A stretch of 64,000 bases of DNA from Monocercomonoides exilis PA203 (lineage: Eukaryota; Protista; Preaxostyla): positions 868,001-932,000 of the forward strand of contig LSRY02000008.1 of assembly GCA_001643675.2 (NCBI GenBank), in the 5' to 3' direction. The notes beneath the pieces are model-generated. The model saw only the letters and a list, made by a program, of their open reading frames with translations. It was not told where the DNA came from and made no database searches. This document shows positions 27,802 to 39,074 of this stretch, one piece after another (position 1 is the stretch's first letter; each line of letters opens with the position of its first letter). A program made the position numbers and the translations under genes.

Positions 27802-29386
27802 TTGAATTCAAAAATTCAAAAAACTTCAGATAGTCCTTCTATTAAAGAGTCGCCTTCAAAATATACTCTGAATTCAACAAAAATCAAAGAGAAAAGATAC
27901 AAAAAAATGAAGCAATCTGTTAATCTGCGGAATGAAAAGCCGAAGCGGAAACAGCCGGATTTTGACGAAATGCAGGATAGGAAAACAAAACAATTGGAAA
28001 AAATAGAAAAGATTGATATTAATGAAGATAAAGAGAAAAAAATAGAATCACTAGGATTTATCACTGATCATTATCTTCGTTTCACCTATGATGAGCATTT
28101 ACGTTTACCGAAAACAACAATTGTTGAACTTGTAAATTTGATAAAATCCATTTTGAATAGCGCACCGAAAAAAGGGCCTCCATCAACACTTTCACCACAT
28201 GATAAGCTTATAGTGTATCTTGAGTGGCTGTCCAGCAGGACGACCTTGGAGAGGATTTCCTCTTTAATGGGTATATCTCAATCAATGGCAAGCAATTGTT
28301 TGACTGATATACGTCCCGCATTGCTTTCTGCGTTGAATGAAATTTTTTCCACTCCACCTAGGCCTCCAACAATTCCCAACGAAGAATTTCCTAATGTTGC
28401 TTTGTTAGTCGATGCAACGACAATCAAAGTGCCATATCCCATTTCTACCACATTCACCGAAGGGAAAAAACTGTTTGATGCACATCATTCAGTTTACTGC
28501 ATCAAAAACGAAGTGGCGGTTTCATCTTGGAAACCTCACAAAGCCTTATTCGTTTCTGACGCGATTGAAGGAGGAAAACATGATGTTTTTCTGTTTCGAA
28601 AAGGAATGAAAAGATATGAGGAATATATGAAAAAAACCGATGAAGAAAGAATAAGGAATTATCATGATTTAAGGAATGATAGCTGGGTGATCATGGGAGA
28701 CAAAGGATATCAAGGACATTTCCCAAACATTCGATTGATCACTCCCATCAAAAAATGTTTTATCCAAGAATTGACTTCCGTAAAATTTTCATCAGAAATA
28801 GCCAAGCTTCCTTCTCCTCCTCGTTCTCCTTCTCCTCCTTCCTCTCCTCCTTCCTCTCCTTCTTTTACTTCTCCACAACAACTCCCTTCACTCCCTGCAC
28901 CTCCTCCGCTTCCTCTTATTCCTCAAACTGAATCGTATTCCACTTTCCCTGAATGCTCCCAAGCTTTCACCCAACTTCCTTCTGATTGTTTTCCTGAAAC
29001 AATGAAATCAACATCACAAGCCTTGTCACAACTTTCATTCATTGATTCTTCCATTTCATCATTAACAAAAAGCGCATCATCATCATCAACGACTGAATCC
29101 TCTAGCTCCATATTCGACCAACTCACCGAACAAGAATTGGATTCTCTGAGTATTGATGAATTCAACAAGAGCATTGCAAGATGCCGTATTCCTGTTGAAT
29201 GGTTTTTTCGGCCGGATGAAAAAGCTTTGGCTCAGACTTTCTGATACCTACTCAGGAGGCAGAGAAAACGTTGGAACAGATGCAAAAATAGCAAGTTGGT
29301 TGACTAATTTGGTTATTGACTATCACAGATTGGAAGATGATGATGGTAAATTTTATAAGAAAACAGAAGTGTTTGAGTGTTATTAA
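27802..29386 (+). CDS. DDE_Tnp_4 transposase with HTH; single frameshift near the C-terminus
   Basis: LSPHDKLIVYLEWL…ISSLMGISQS (HTH), LLVDATT, HHSVYCIKNE, GGKHD, IMGDKGY, RIPVEWFF/GRMKKLW. One extra T in the T6 run at 29203-29208. Confidence 0.85.
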
Positions 29387-30137
29387 GAAAATGAAAGAAA
29401 GAAAATAAGAGATATTAATACACATGCAAACACCGAAAGAAAAGCAATTCGAAAAACTTCATTTATGTAACAATTTTTTATCATTGGCTTTTGAAATATT
29501 TCGAAAACAAACGAAAATACAGGAGCACGATTTCCAACTCATATTTTTATGTACGACAATTGCATTTTTGTGTCAAATTGAACAAAGGAATGGAAATTTC
29601 ATTTATTTCTTGATGAGATTCATTTTTCTGTTGTTCTATTTCTATACCTCAAAAGATTAAGATAAAAAACATTCTTGTTTTCTTCGAATGATTTATTTTA
29701 ATTTCAAAGACACAAATGCTTCACTAATTTTATCATATTGCACAAAAGAAAAGAAAAGTCAAGAAAAGAAATAAACAATTTTAATTAATTGTTGAAGAAA
29801 TGAACAAATGATTTTTTATTATTCGCAAAAAGTTATTTGGCATCGAAAAATGAGATCTTGATTTTTATTTACAAAATAAATTATTTGACGAAAATAACAA
29901 AAATAATTTCCAAAACAATATTTTCAATATATAAATAATATTTGAATGATTTTGCAATCAACTAATTTTGTAATTTATTTGTTTATTTTTTCCAAAATTT
30001 CTCGAAGCTCAAATGAACTCAGTCTAACTCAAATGAACTCGGTTTATTCAAACAAACTCGATCTATTCGAACAAACATGAGTTCATTTGAATAAACCTAG
30101 TTTATTTGAATAAAAAAAATCTATTCAAAATTCATCT

Positions 30138-33100
30138 AATGAAAGATTTCTCATTGCACAAAATATTGATTCCATGATAAATCACTGTACCGATAAAAAC
30201 AATTCATTCTATGATGGAAAAAGAAGATAAACTTGTTGTTCACTTGATGAATGTGCTCCATAATAAAATAATGCCGAGGATGATTTGCCTGTTTTTCGCT
30301 TTGCTGGGGGCGCTGAGGGCTGCGGAGCGTGGGCAGGGGCAGGGGCAGCGGAACTACCTGCAACTGCGCGATGGGGAGCTGCCTCGTATGTGTGCGTTTT
30401 GGTTGGCGTCTTGCCGCGAAGTGGCGATGAAATGACTTTTGATGTTTTGTGTGATTTGTGTGATTTTTTTGGGTTGGGTGGGAAGAGTGGTACAACGTGA
30501 CGGTGCAGCAGGACAAGGGGCGGGAGTGCCTGGAGAGGGCGTTTTCGGGGTATGACTGCGGGAAGATGACGCTGCAGGAGAAGCTTCGGCTGACCATCAA
30601 GCTGCTGAACTGCTATGGGGACGAGATGGGTTTGGCTTTTCTGTTTTTTCTATTTCTTGGGGGTTTTTGGGATTTGGGGTGGGAATGATTGGGCGATTGC
30701 TGGCGGGGCTGTGATTTGCAGGGCTGAAGCCGTACCGGTGCGCAGACAGCTGGGACATTTCGGTGTGCATGAAGAAGCTGAACGACGAAGAGAAGTCGTC
30801 GATCCGGGACAAATCGCTGACGATAGGTTTGGGTCATCTTTGTGTTCTGTGCTGTAATTGTTTTGTTTTATTTGACTTTGTGACTTGTGGTTCATTGTGT
30901 GTTGGAGGCAGACAGTGTTTGCTATTCGTTCAAAAACGAGACGGTGATGCAGCGGATAAGCATGCTGGTGGATCGGGTGGTGGCGGGGAGCGAGGAGACG
31001 CTGGAGCAGCTGTACAGCCTTGTGGAGACGTCGCAGTCGGTTTTTGAAGCGACGAAGGAGTCGGTGGAGATGCAGGCGCAGCTTGCTGTGCAGCAGGAAG
31101 GGATGAAGGCGGAGATGAAGGGGATTGAGGAGGAGCACCAGAAGCAGAGGGAGCTGATCCAGAAGGGGTTTGGGGAGATTGGGGATGCGACTGGTTTGGT
31201 TCACAGCTGTATTTGATTGAAGAAAGTGAAATCAATGAAATTTATCTCTCTCTCTCTTTTTTTTGTTTTTTTCAATTTTCATTGTGAAAGAGGGGATTAA
31301 GGAGAAGATAAGTGAGTCGGTGAGGGAGACGAAGGAGCTGGGGGCGGTGCAGAGGGAGGTGTGTGAGGAGCAGAGGAGGTGGGCGGCGGGGATGAAGGAG
31401 CAGCTGTCGGGGGTGGCGGAGTCGGCGGGGGAGGTTGCGGAGTGGATGAAGGCGGCGGCGGCGGGGCAGGCGAAGATGGAGGCGGCGGCAGCAGCGATTG
31501 GGGCAGGGATAGGGGCGGTGGGGCAGATGCAGCGGGAGGCGGAGGAGGCGCTGGGGCGGATAGGGAGGGAGCAGGAGGGGATGAAAGGGGTGCAGGCAGA
31601 GACGCGGGAGGAGCAGAAGAGGATGAGGGCAGAGATGGAGATGGTTTGGGAGAGCTCATCAAATTCATTTTATTATCCTTTTTTATTCCTCTTTTATTTA
31701 TTTTTTGACAGTCGTTTGACAGCATAGCGCACCAGCACAGGAGCCTGCAGAGGCAGATGGAGGAGTCGGTGGAGCACTCGGAGCAGATCTTGGAGCAGCA
31801 GAGGCGGGCGGTGGCAGAGATGGAGGGGGTGATGGCTGTGCAGGGGAAGGCGTTTGAGGAGACGGTGAGGCAGCTGGTGGACATCCGGAGCGACACAACG
31901 GTGTGGGTGGTGAGGGTGGTGAGGATGGTGAGGATGGTGAGGGTGGGAATGCTATTATTTTTCTTCTATTTCTTTTTTTGTGGGAGAGAGAGAAAAAAAA
32001 CATAAAGAGTGAAAATGCTTTGTTTTCTTTGTCATTTTATTTCTCTTTTTCTCTTTTTTCTTTTTTCTTTTTCATTTCTTTTTGTTTTTGTTTTTGTGGG
32101 GGGAATGGAACATGGGAAGATGGTGACGGAGAGGCTGAGGCAGCAGAATGAATATCTTCGGACAGAGTTTTCGTCAGTGCGGGTGTGGATGCAGCGGATT
32201 CTGAGTGGGCAGTCATCGATTTTTGGTTTGAGGCAAAAGGAAAAGAAAAGAAAATTCAAAAATATTTTATTTATTTTATTTTTGTATGTTTTGATGATTT
32301 GTGCATTCGCAGCTGACTTGAGTGGGCTGCACAGCATTGCGTTTTATGTGGCTTGTCTGCTGTTCTTCCAGCTGGTGACGTCGCTTCCGCACACAAAAGA
32401 GGCACGAATATGGATATTTTATTGTTTGCCTGTGAAGAAATGAGAGGAAAGAGAGAGAAAGAGAGAGAAAGAGAGAGGAAGAGACTGCTTTCCATTCATG
32501 TTCATTTTTATTGTATTTTTCTGTTCTTCTTCTTCTCATTCGATTTCGTTCTTCTTCTCTTTTGTGATTCATCTTAAACAATGACGAAATATGGAATGGA
32601 GTGTGGGTGGTGTTTTTTGTGGGGGAGCGAGGGATTTTGTGGGTTGTTGGCAGGAGCGGGGCAGCGGCAGAGGAGATGAGGCGGTTTGCAGGCAGCTGGC
32701 ACATGCTGTTTGTTTGTTTGTGTGTGTGTGCTGTGGGGCATGCGGTGTGGACATACAAAGACTACGAGGCGCTGAACAACACCCTTCTGAAAGAGAACTG
32801 GAAGAAAGCGAGAGAACTGACGAATGCGGTTGGTGATGCTTGGAATATATTTCATCTTCTTCAATAATGTCTTCATCTTCATCTTCATCTTTCTTTTTTC
32901 TTTTTTATTTGTTTTTGTTTGTATTCAGTTCCGATTCTATGCAGATGAAGTGAGCCGGCTGAAGAGGCAGGAAGAGGATGGGCAGCGAAGAGGAAATGGG
33001 CAGTGTGGGGGAAAGAGAAGGAAGAAAGGGGAGAAAGAAGGGAGTGTGTGGATTGGGAGGAGTTTTGATTCATTTGGGTTTCCATCAGCAAAAGAGAAGA

Positions 33101-33729
33101 GAACAACATTTGATGAACACACATCATCATCATCATCATCTTCTTCTTCTTCTTCTCCTTCTCCTTCTCCTCCTCTTCCCCCTCATCCCTATCTGCATTT
33201 TTATCCACTTCGCTCTTCTTCTCACTTCAGCCAATTCGACGAGGATTCATTTGCTTTTGAGAGAAACACGAGGAGAGCTGCTTCTGTTTGAGAAAGAGAA
33301 AGAGAAAGACAAACAATTTATTTATTTCAATTTAATAGAAATGGAAATGGAAATAAACATTCAATGAAATATCAGGAGAGAAAGAAAAAGAAAAAAATGA
33401 AGAAATCAGATAATTTTGCCTGTTTGCAGTTTTTGTGTTGTTTTTATGTTTGCTGCTTGGACAAACGCATTCAAACCTCATTTCATCCATTCTCAAATGT
33501 TTATTGCTTGTTTTGTTAATTTTTGCATTTTTGGAAGAGAAAGTTGCATTGTTTTGTTTTTGAAGGATTGCAGCAATTATAAAAAAGATGAAACAAACGA
33601 TTTCGAACAGAACATTCCACAAACAAGAAGAAGCTGTTTGTTTTTGAATGAGAAGAAATTGTTTGCTGTTTGGGGTTGTTCAAATGAAGTGTTTTATTCT
33701 TGTTGCATTTTCTTGTTCATGAAATGATT
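30138..33729 (+). repeat. Left arm of large inverted duplication (plus displaced outer part ~24725-24920)
   Basis: Reverse complement of 39075-42660; the ORF track is mirror-symmetric. Confidence 0.97.
30271..33291 (+). CDS. GEX1: GEX1/KAR5/Brambleberry-family nuclear membrane fusion protein, copy 1 (multi-exon)
   Basis: Signal peptide MPRMICLFFALLGALRA. Spliced exons (30271-30385, 30486-30629, 30722-30826, 30912-…) give the Cys-rich domain CLERAFSGYDCGKMTLQEKLRLTIKLLNCY…PYRCADSWDISVCMKKL…IDSVCYSFKNE. This is followed by a long coiled coil, TM segments (SIAFYVACLLFFQLVTSLPHTKEARIWIFY; LFVCLCVCAVGHAVWTYKDY) and a cytoplasmic tail. Confidence 0.88.
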
Positions 33730-33959
33730 GAGATGCAAAAAAACTGAAATGTTCAAAAAAAAAATTACTATTTTATTTATTTGATAAAAAAAGAAAAGAA
33801 AAATAGAATGCCAATAAATGCACAACTAACATCCCCTGAACGAAATCTTCTTTTCTTCTGTTTCAGAAAGAAAAGAAAAGAAAAGGTAATAAAAAATGAA
33901 TATTTTCTTTTAAATTGAATAAATGCAAAAAGGGTAATTCCTCCTCCTCTTTTTTCTTT

Positions 33960-36900
33960 CTATTCTTCTTTTTCTTTTTCTTTTTCTTTTTCTTTTTCTT
34001 TTTCTTTTTCTTTTTCTTTCTCTTTCTCCTCTCCATTCCCAAACAACAAACGCAGTTGTTGTTTTCTCCAATCAAGTTCTTCTTCTTCCTCCTCTTCCTC
34101 TCCTCTTCCTCCTCCTCTTCCTTCTGTATTCACATAACTTCCATCTTCACCACTGCTACTGCTGCTACTACTGCTTCTTCCATCGTTATTTCCTCCTTCT
34201 TCTCCTTCCTCTTTTTCTCCATCTTCAATATCTTCTCCTTCTTCTCCTCTCTCCTCTCCCATTCCCCTCCTCCTCCTCCCTCTCCCCTTCTTCCCATTCG
34301 CCCTGTTCTTCATCCCAAACACACACAGAACAAACCCCAATCCAAATGGAATGAAATAGTTCTCAGAAACACTCCGGACAAACGAAAGCGCCAAAAACGG
34401 CTCAAAAAAGACACGAACACGCTGCCTCGCTTCTTCACAGCTGCACTTCAGCACAAACACGAAGTACTTCGCATAATAATATGGCTTGTTTTCGGGTGTA
34501 TAACAGCCTGCCAGCTCGAGCAGCCTGAGAATTGCCTCTTTCTTCTTGTAGCGCACGACTTCCGGTGAACGAGGAGAATGAGAAGAAGAAGAGGAAGAAG
34601 AAGAGGAAGAAGAAACAGAAGGATGATTAGAACTCAACCGATGAGGAACGAGAACAGTCAGAAATTCGCCGAGCACCTCGCGTGTTGTGTTCTCGTTCAC
34701 CAATTCTTTCGACTCGTCTTCGATTTTCTCTGCCAATTTCCCTTCAAAATGCTCTCTTCTGATCACATCCTGCCCAAACACCACGTCGGCCTCTCCATCT
34801 GCCACCATCTCAACCAGCCGCAGCAGACTCAGGCTCCTCACAAGCTTCTCTGCTTTCTCTGCTTCCCCATTTTCCTTCATGACAATTGAGAAGACAGAAA
34901 GAAGGCGCATTCTTCTGCCCCTTCTGAACGGATTGAAATGGCAGAAGAATCGCTTAATCTTTGAAGTGAATGAATTTGAAGAAGAAGAAGATGAAGAAGA
35001 TGCAAATGATGAAGTGATTTTACCAGAATTATCAGCATCAACAGAACAAGCTCCCAAACCCAACTGAACTGCCTTCAATTCCTTCTGATCTTCTTCTTCT
35101 TCTTCTTCTTCTTCTTCTTCTCTTCTTCCTCCTCTTCTCCCTCCTTCTCTTCCACCATCTCCAAACACATCCCACACCATCCTCAGCACCTCGTCGTCGA
35201 TTCCCTCTGGCCAGCTCTTCCACGGCTGCAGTCCTTTCCCTATCTTCTCCCACAAACTCTTCGGCTTCTCAAACATTCTGTACACCTGCACCACTTCCTC
35301 CTCCAGCGGCCTCACTTCTCCAAAACTGAACTCTTCTGCCACATCTGCGTTGGAGTAGAACGGATGGTACGAAAAGGAACGGAGCTCTGGCGAATGGTGA
35401 AGATGCCGCTTTGAGTGGGGGCTGGGAAAGAGAATGTGCTTGGGAGAAGAAGAAGAGGAGGAGGAGAAGGAAGAAGAGGAAGAAGAGTGAGAAGAAGAAG
35501 AAGAAGAAGATGTTGTTGTTGAAGATGAAGATGAAGTTACATTTGTTTTTTCTGTAGTTGAATTCGTTTTCTTCACTTTGTTGCTATCTTCCCTTCTCCC
35601 TTCTTCCTCAGTGCTGTTTGTGGAAACTTGAACAAAAATCGATTTGACTTCGTCTCCAAACAGAAACTGTCTTTGCAGCTGTGTCTTCACATTGGGATGA
35701 GAAGAGCTTGCAATCTCATACAGCTGCAGCGCATCAGAAACATACGAATCAATCAAAATTTTCATTTTTCTCATCTTCTCTTCTTCTTCCCTTCTCTTTT
35801 TTGCTTCCATTCTCAACTCATTTATTGAATTATCCTTCAACTTCTTCTCTTCTTTCTCTTTCTCCATCTCTTTCTCCATCTCTTCCATCTCCTTCCTCAT
35901 CTCCCTTGCTTCTCTCCTCATCTCATCTGCCAACAATACCATCGCCACTCGATGTCCCTCACACGCCGCTTGCAGAAGCAGCTGCCCCGCAGACAACGAC
36001 CCCACACACGGAAACCCCAACGGTGAATCCAATGGGAAGAGAGAAGAAGAAGAAGAAGAAGAAGAAGATAGCGATGAAGAAGAAGTTGAAGAAGTTGAAG
36101 AGAAAGAGATAGAGTCTGAAGAATGAAATGGGCTTTCATTTTCGTTCTGATTTTTGTTTCCATTCAAATTTTGATGTTCACTTTGTTTCCCCTCAACTCC
36201 ATTCATTGTCATTTCCCTCTTCTCCTCTTTCTCCCTCAAATCTCTTTCTTCTCCTTCTCTTTCTCTTTCTCTTTCTCCTTCCCCTTCTCCTCCCCCTTCT
36301 GTTAGTAACATCTGCTTCAGCAGTTGTCTGTCTGTGTTGAGTCTGCTGTTGAGTGAAGACAGGCAAATGTCTCCAGCAAGTGCCATCGCATCAGCCATGC
36401 CAATGTCAGCGAGTGAGAGCAGAGAGAAGAACGAGGTCCATTCTTTGGCCTGTTGGAGGGTGTATTGCTTGTGGAGGATGGAAGAAGAGGAAGAAGAGAA
36501 AGAAGAAGAAGAAGAAGAAGAAGAAGAAGAAGAAGAAGAAGAAGAAGAAGAACTTGTAGAAGAAGAGTCATAAGAATCCCTCACTGAATCAGCCTCCCCC
36601 ATCTCTTTCTGATTTCTCTCTCTTTCAAATGCCTCAATATACTCCTTCTGTGCGAGGATGTGGTCAACAACCATCCCATCAGCCACAATGGATGATGCAG
36701 CATTAACCGATTCACACAGAAGAGCGTGATAAGCAGGCGACATCTTCAGCAGGCTCATCAGCTGTGCCATCGCCTGTGAATAAAGCACACTCGACTGAAG
36801 AGACTCAGAAAGAGTGCAGTATGGATGGCTCCTCAGTGCTTCCTGCACAGAAAAGGAGGAAGAAGAAGAGGAAGATAAGTTATTTCTTCCATTTTTATTG

Positions 36901-38126
36901 ATTCTGCCTTCTTCTTTTTCTTCTTCTTCTTTTCCTTCTCTCTTGCTTCCCCTTTGCCACACAGCTGCTCCTTCCTCTCTGAGCGACAGGCGCATCTGCT
37001 CCTCAAACAGCTGCTTCGTCACAAACACATTCGCCAGCCAGTATTTCGACCAGACAGAGCCAAAATAGTTGAATGCATTCTCTTCAATGTACTCACACGC
37101 CAGCTGAAGTGCGGCCTGCAGCAGCTCCACATCTGAAAGCTCTGTGTCTTCTGTGGTTGGGCCTTTGAAGTCTTCTTTGTTTTCTTCTTTGCTTTCTTCT
37201 TTCTCTTTCTTTTTCTCTTTCTCTTTACCTTTCTTCTCTTTGACATTATTTGTCTGTTCATTTGCTTGTCTCTGCTCCTTTGTCACATGCTGTGTAACAG
37301 AGTTGAAAGTGGTTGTTCTGTTTTCCTTTCCCTCTGCCGTGTCAAAAAGGCTGCTGTTCTCCTTCAACAAGGAGGGATAGCAGTATAAAAGCACTCCCAG
37401 CATAAAGTTCTTCTTCGCCGGAAAAAGCGTCTCTGTCTGCAGCATCGCAAACACTCGCTTCACAGCCGGCGGTGGCGCCTCGTCCAAAATGCTTCCGTCT
37501 TCCCACTTCGCAAAGAACACCGCTGCCCCGTCAGGCACCAGCCACCCGAAGCCTTCTCTCCACAGCTCTGCCAGCGCAATCATGTCCTGCTTCGGAAAGT
37601 CATCTTCTGTGCCCTCTTTCGCAAAGTGCGCGGTGGCTCGCCCGAAGTCGATGCGGTCGCTGCCGATGCCGTAGAGATGGTACATTCCGAAGAACCGGTT
37701 GCGTTTCATGCTGCCCAAATAGTCTTTCTCTTCGGTTGCTCGAGAGAATGAAGGTTCCACTCCAGCTGTCTGTATCGCAGTGAAAAATGCATCTGCACCG
37801 CTTTTCTTCTCACTGTCATAAAATTTGTAGTATGCTTGCTTGTTCTTTTTCAAAGCCGATCGAAATTTGGCAGACTTGTTCGCGATAAGTTGAAAATCAA
37901 TGCAACTGTCAACTTCCATGGATTGATCAGCATCACAAGGTGGAATAACTCCCAGCCAGGAATAAAATGATGTGTATGTTGGAACAAAGGCCATGTTCAA
38001 AAGTGTAGAACGCGCCAAGTTCCTCATATATAAAAATGAAAATAAAAGATCATGATCATTATTTCTAATCAAAAAGGGATTATGCAAAAGATGAGAGGCA
38101 AAAGAAAAAGAAGCTTCAGCGTTCAT
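33960..38126 (-). CDS. Large membrane protein with divergent SEL1-like repeats (HRD3/SEL1L-like?); probable extra 5' exons up to ~38450
   Basis: 1388-aa open frame with motifs GMYHLYGIGSDRIDFGRATAHF, DMIALAELWREGFG, ADIGMADAMALAGD, AACEGHRVAMVLLAD. It has a C-terminal hydrophobic segment (YFIPFGLGFVLCVFGM) and poly-Ser/Glu inserts. Confidence 0.55.
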   Translation of the reverse strand: MNAEASFSFASHLLHNPFLIRNNDHDLLFSFLYMRNLARSTLLNMAFVPTYTSFYSWLGVIPPCDADQSMEVDSCIDFQLIANKSAKFRSALKKNKQAYYKFYDSEKKSGADAFFTAIQTAGVEPSFSRATEEKDYLGSMKRNRFFGMYHLYGIGSDRIDFGRATAHFAKEGTEDDFPKQDMIALAELWREGFGWLVPDGAAVFFAKWEDGSILDEAPPPAVKRVFAMLQTETLFPAKKNFMLGVLLYCYPSLLKENSSLFDTAEGKENRTTTFNSVTQHVTKEQRQANEQTNNVKEKKGKEKEKKKEKEESKEENKEDFKGPTTEDTELSDVELLQAALQLACEYIEENAFNYFGSVWSKYWLANVFVTKQLFEEQMRLSLREEGAAVWQRGSKREGKEEEEKEEGRINKNGRNNLSSSSSSSFSVQEALRSHPYCTLSESLQSSVLYSQAMAQLMSLLKMSPAYHALLCESVNAASSIVADGMVVDHILAQKEYIEAFERERNQKEMGEADSVRDSYDSSSTSSSSSSSSSSSSSSSSSSFSSSSSSILHKQYTLQQAKEWTSFFSLLSLADIGMADAMALAGDICLSSLNSRLNTDRQLLKQMLLTEGGGEGEGEREREREGEERDLREKEEKREMTMNGVEGKQSEHQNLNGNKNQNENESPFHSSDSISFSSTSSTSSSSLSSSSSSSSSLFPLDSPLGFPCVGSLSAGQLLLQAACEGHRVAMVLLADEMRREAREMRKEMEEMEKEMEKEKEEKKLKDNSINELRMEAKKRREEEEKMRKMKILIDSYVSDALQLYEIASSSHPNVKTQLQRQFLFGDEVKSIFVQVSTNSTEEEGRREDSNKVKKTNSTTEKTNVTSSSSSTTTSSSSSSSHSSSSSSFSSSSSSSPKHILFPSPHSKRHLHHSPELRSFSYHPFYSNADVAEEFSFGEVRPLEEEVVQVYRMFEKPKSLWEKIGKGLQPWKSWPEGIDDEVLRMVWDVFGDGGREGGRRGGRREEEEEEEEEEDQKELKAVQLGLGACSVDADNSGKITSSFASSSSSSSSNSFTSKIKRFFCHFNPFRRGRRMRLLSVFSIVMKENGEAEKAEKLVRSLSLLRLVEMVADGEADVVFGQDVIRREHFEGKLAEKIEDESKELVNENTTREVLGEFLTVLVPHRLSSNHPSVSSSSSSSSSSSHSPRSPEVVRYKKKEAILRLLELAGCYTPENKPYYYAKYFVFVLKCSCEEARQRVRVFFEPFLALSFVRSVSENYFIPFGLGFVLCVFGMKNRANGKKGRGRRRRGMGEERGEEGEDIEDGEKEEGEEGGNNDGRSSSSSSSSGEDGSYVNTEGRGGGRGEEEEEEEELDWRKQQLRLLFGNGEEKEKEKEKEKEKEKEKEKEKEE

Positions 38127-39074
38127 TGAAGAAGCAAATACATTAAATCCTAGTGCCTTTAATATATATAAAAAAAGATGATTTTTAAATAGTTAGAAAA
38201 TTTCATTCAATTTATGTTTTTTGAAAATATTGAAATTTTAACAAACATTCATGGGATTATAAGTATAATGCCTCTGTGAAAATGGTAGTATTCTATCATG
38301 TTCAATTCCATGCAAAAATGCCAATGCTCCAAATTGCTCAGAATATCCTTTATCCAACTTTTTATTTAGAACTTTCAAAACATTTAATTGATTGGAAATT
38401 GGGGTCAACTTTACGTCATTTTATAAATAAAAGCACAGAGGAGCAAATTGTATAATGATTTATATCACAAAATACAATTATTAAAATATTCTTAAAACAA
38501 AGCAAACGATGAAAGGAAAATGTCGAAATTGAAAATCAAATTTCGAGGATTTTCCAACTAAAAGTGTCTCCGATTCTATTTTTTGAAAAAAGAAAAAAAC
38601 AATAAAAGCGGAGAAAAACATGATTCAGAAAGATTATTATTATTTATTTTGATAAATAATGATCATGCTATAATGGTTGCAAGTTTATTCAAGTATGAAA
38701 ACAGTTTAATTGAAATGCATATTTTTGTTTATGAAAGGGCTTGAATCAAATGAAATTATTTGCAAAATAGATATATCATCATTGGATTGAAACTTTGTTT
38801 TTCAAAGAACTTTAATCAAGCGAATAATTTTTATTAGGGAATTTTAAAAATGTTCACGCAAAATTTGAAAATAGAGTCAAACAAGAATCATTCAACTTCA
38901 ATCATTATGTTTCAATCAAAATTTGCAAATAAATATTGTGACTTTAATGTTTATCTTCATTTCTAAGTCACAACGCATGTTCAGATCGTGAGCACATTTC
39001 TTTTCCACACAAAACAAAGAGTTTATTTTTCATGTTGAACCCTCTTTTTGTGATTTATTTATTATTTTTTGATT

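Larger units (their letters stand above)
24921..30137 (+). mobile_element. PIF/Harbinger-superfamily element (~5.2 kb) with transposase plus cargo fragment
   Basis: TIR AGATGAATT(G/T)TGAATAGA…; AAT at 24918-24920 and 30138-30140; subterminal AATGAACT-like repeats. The empty site is visible in the paralogous arm at ~42650-42670. Confidence 0.88.

Noticed and set aside
33863-34568. Poly-K and poly-F ORFs (also 36317-36573 and 54628-55101)
   Set aside because: Artefacts of microsatellites read in alternate frames.
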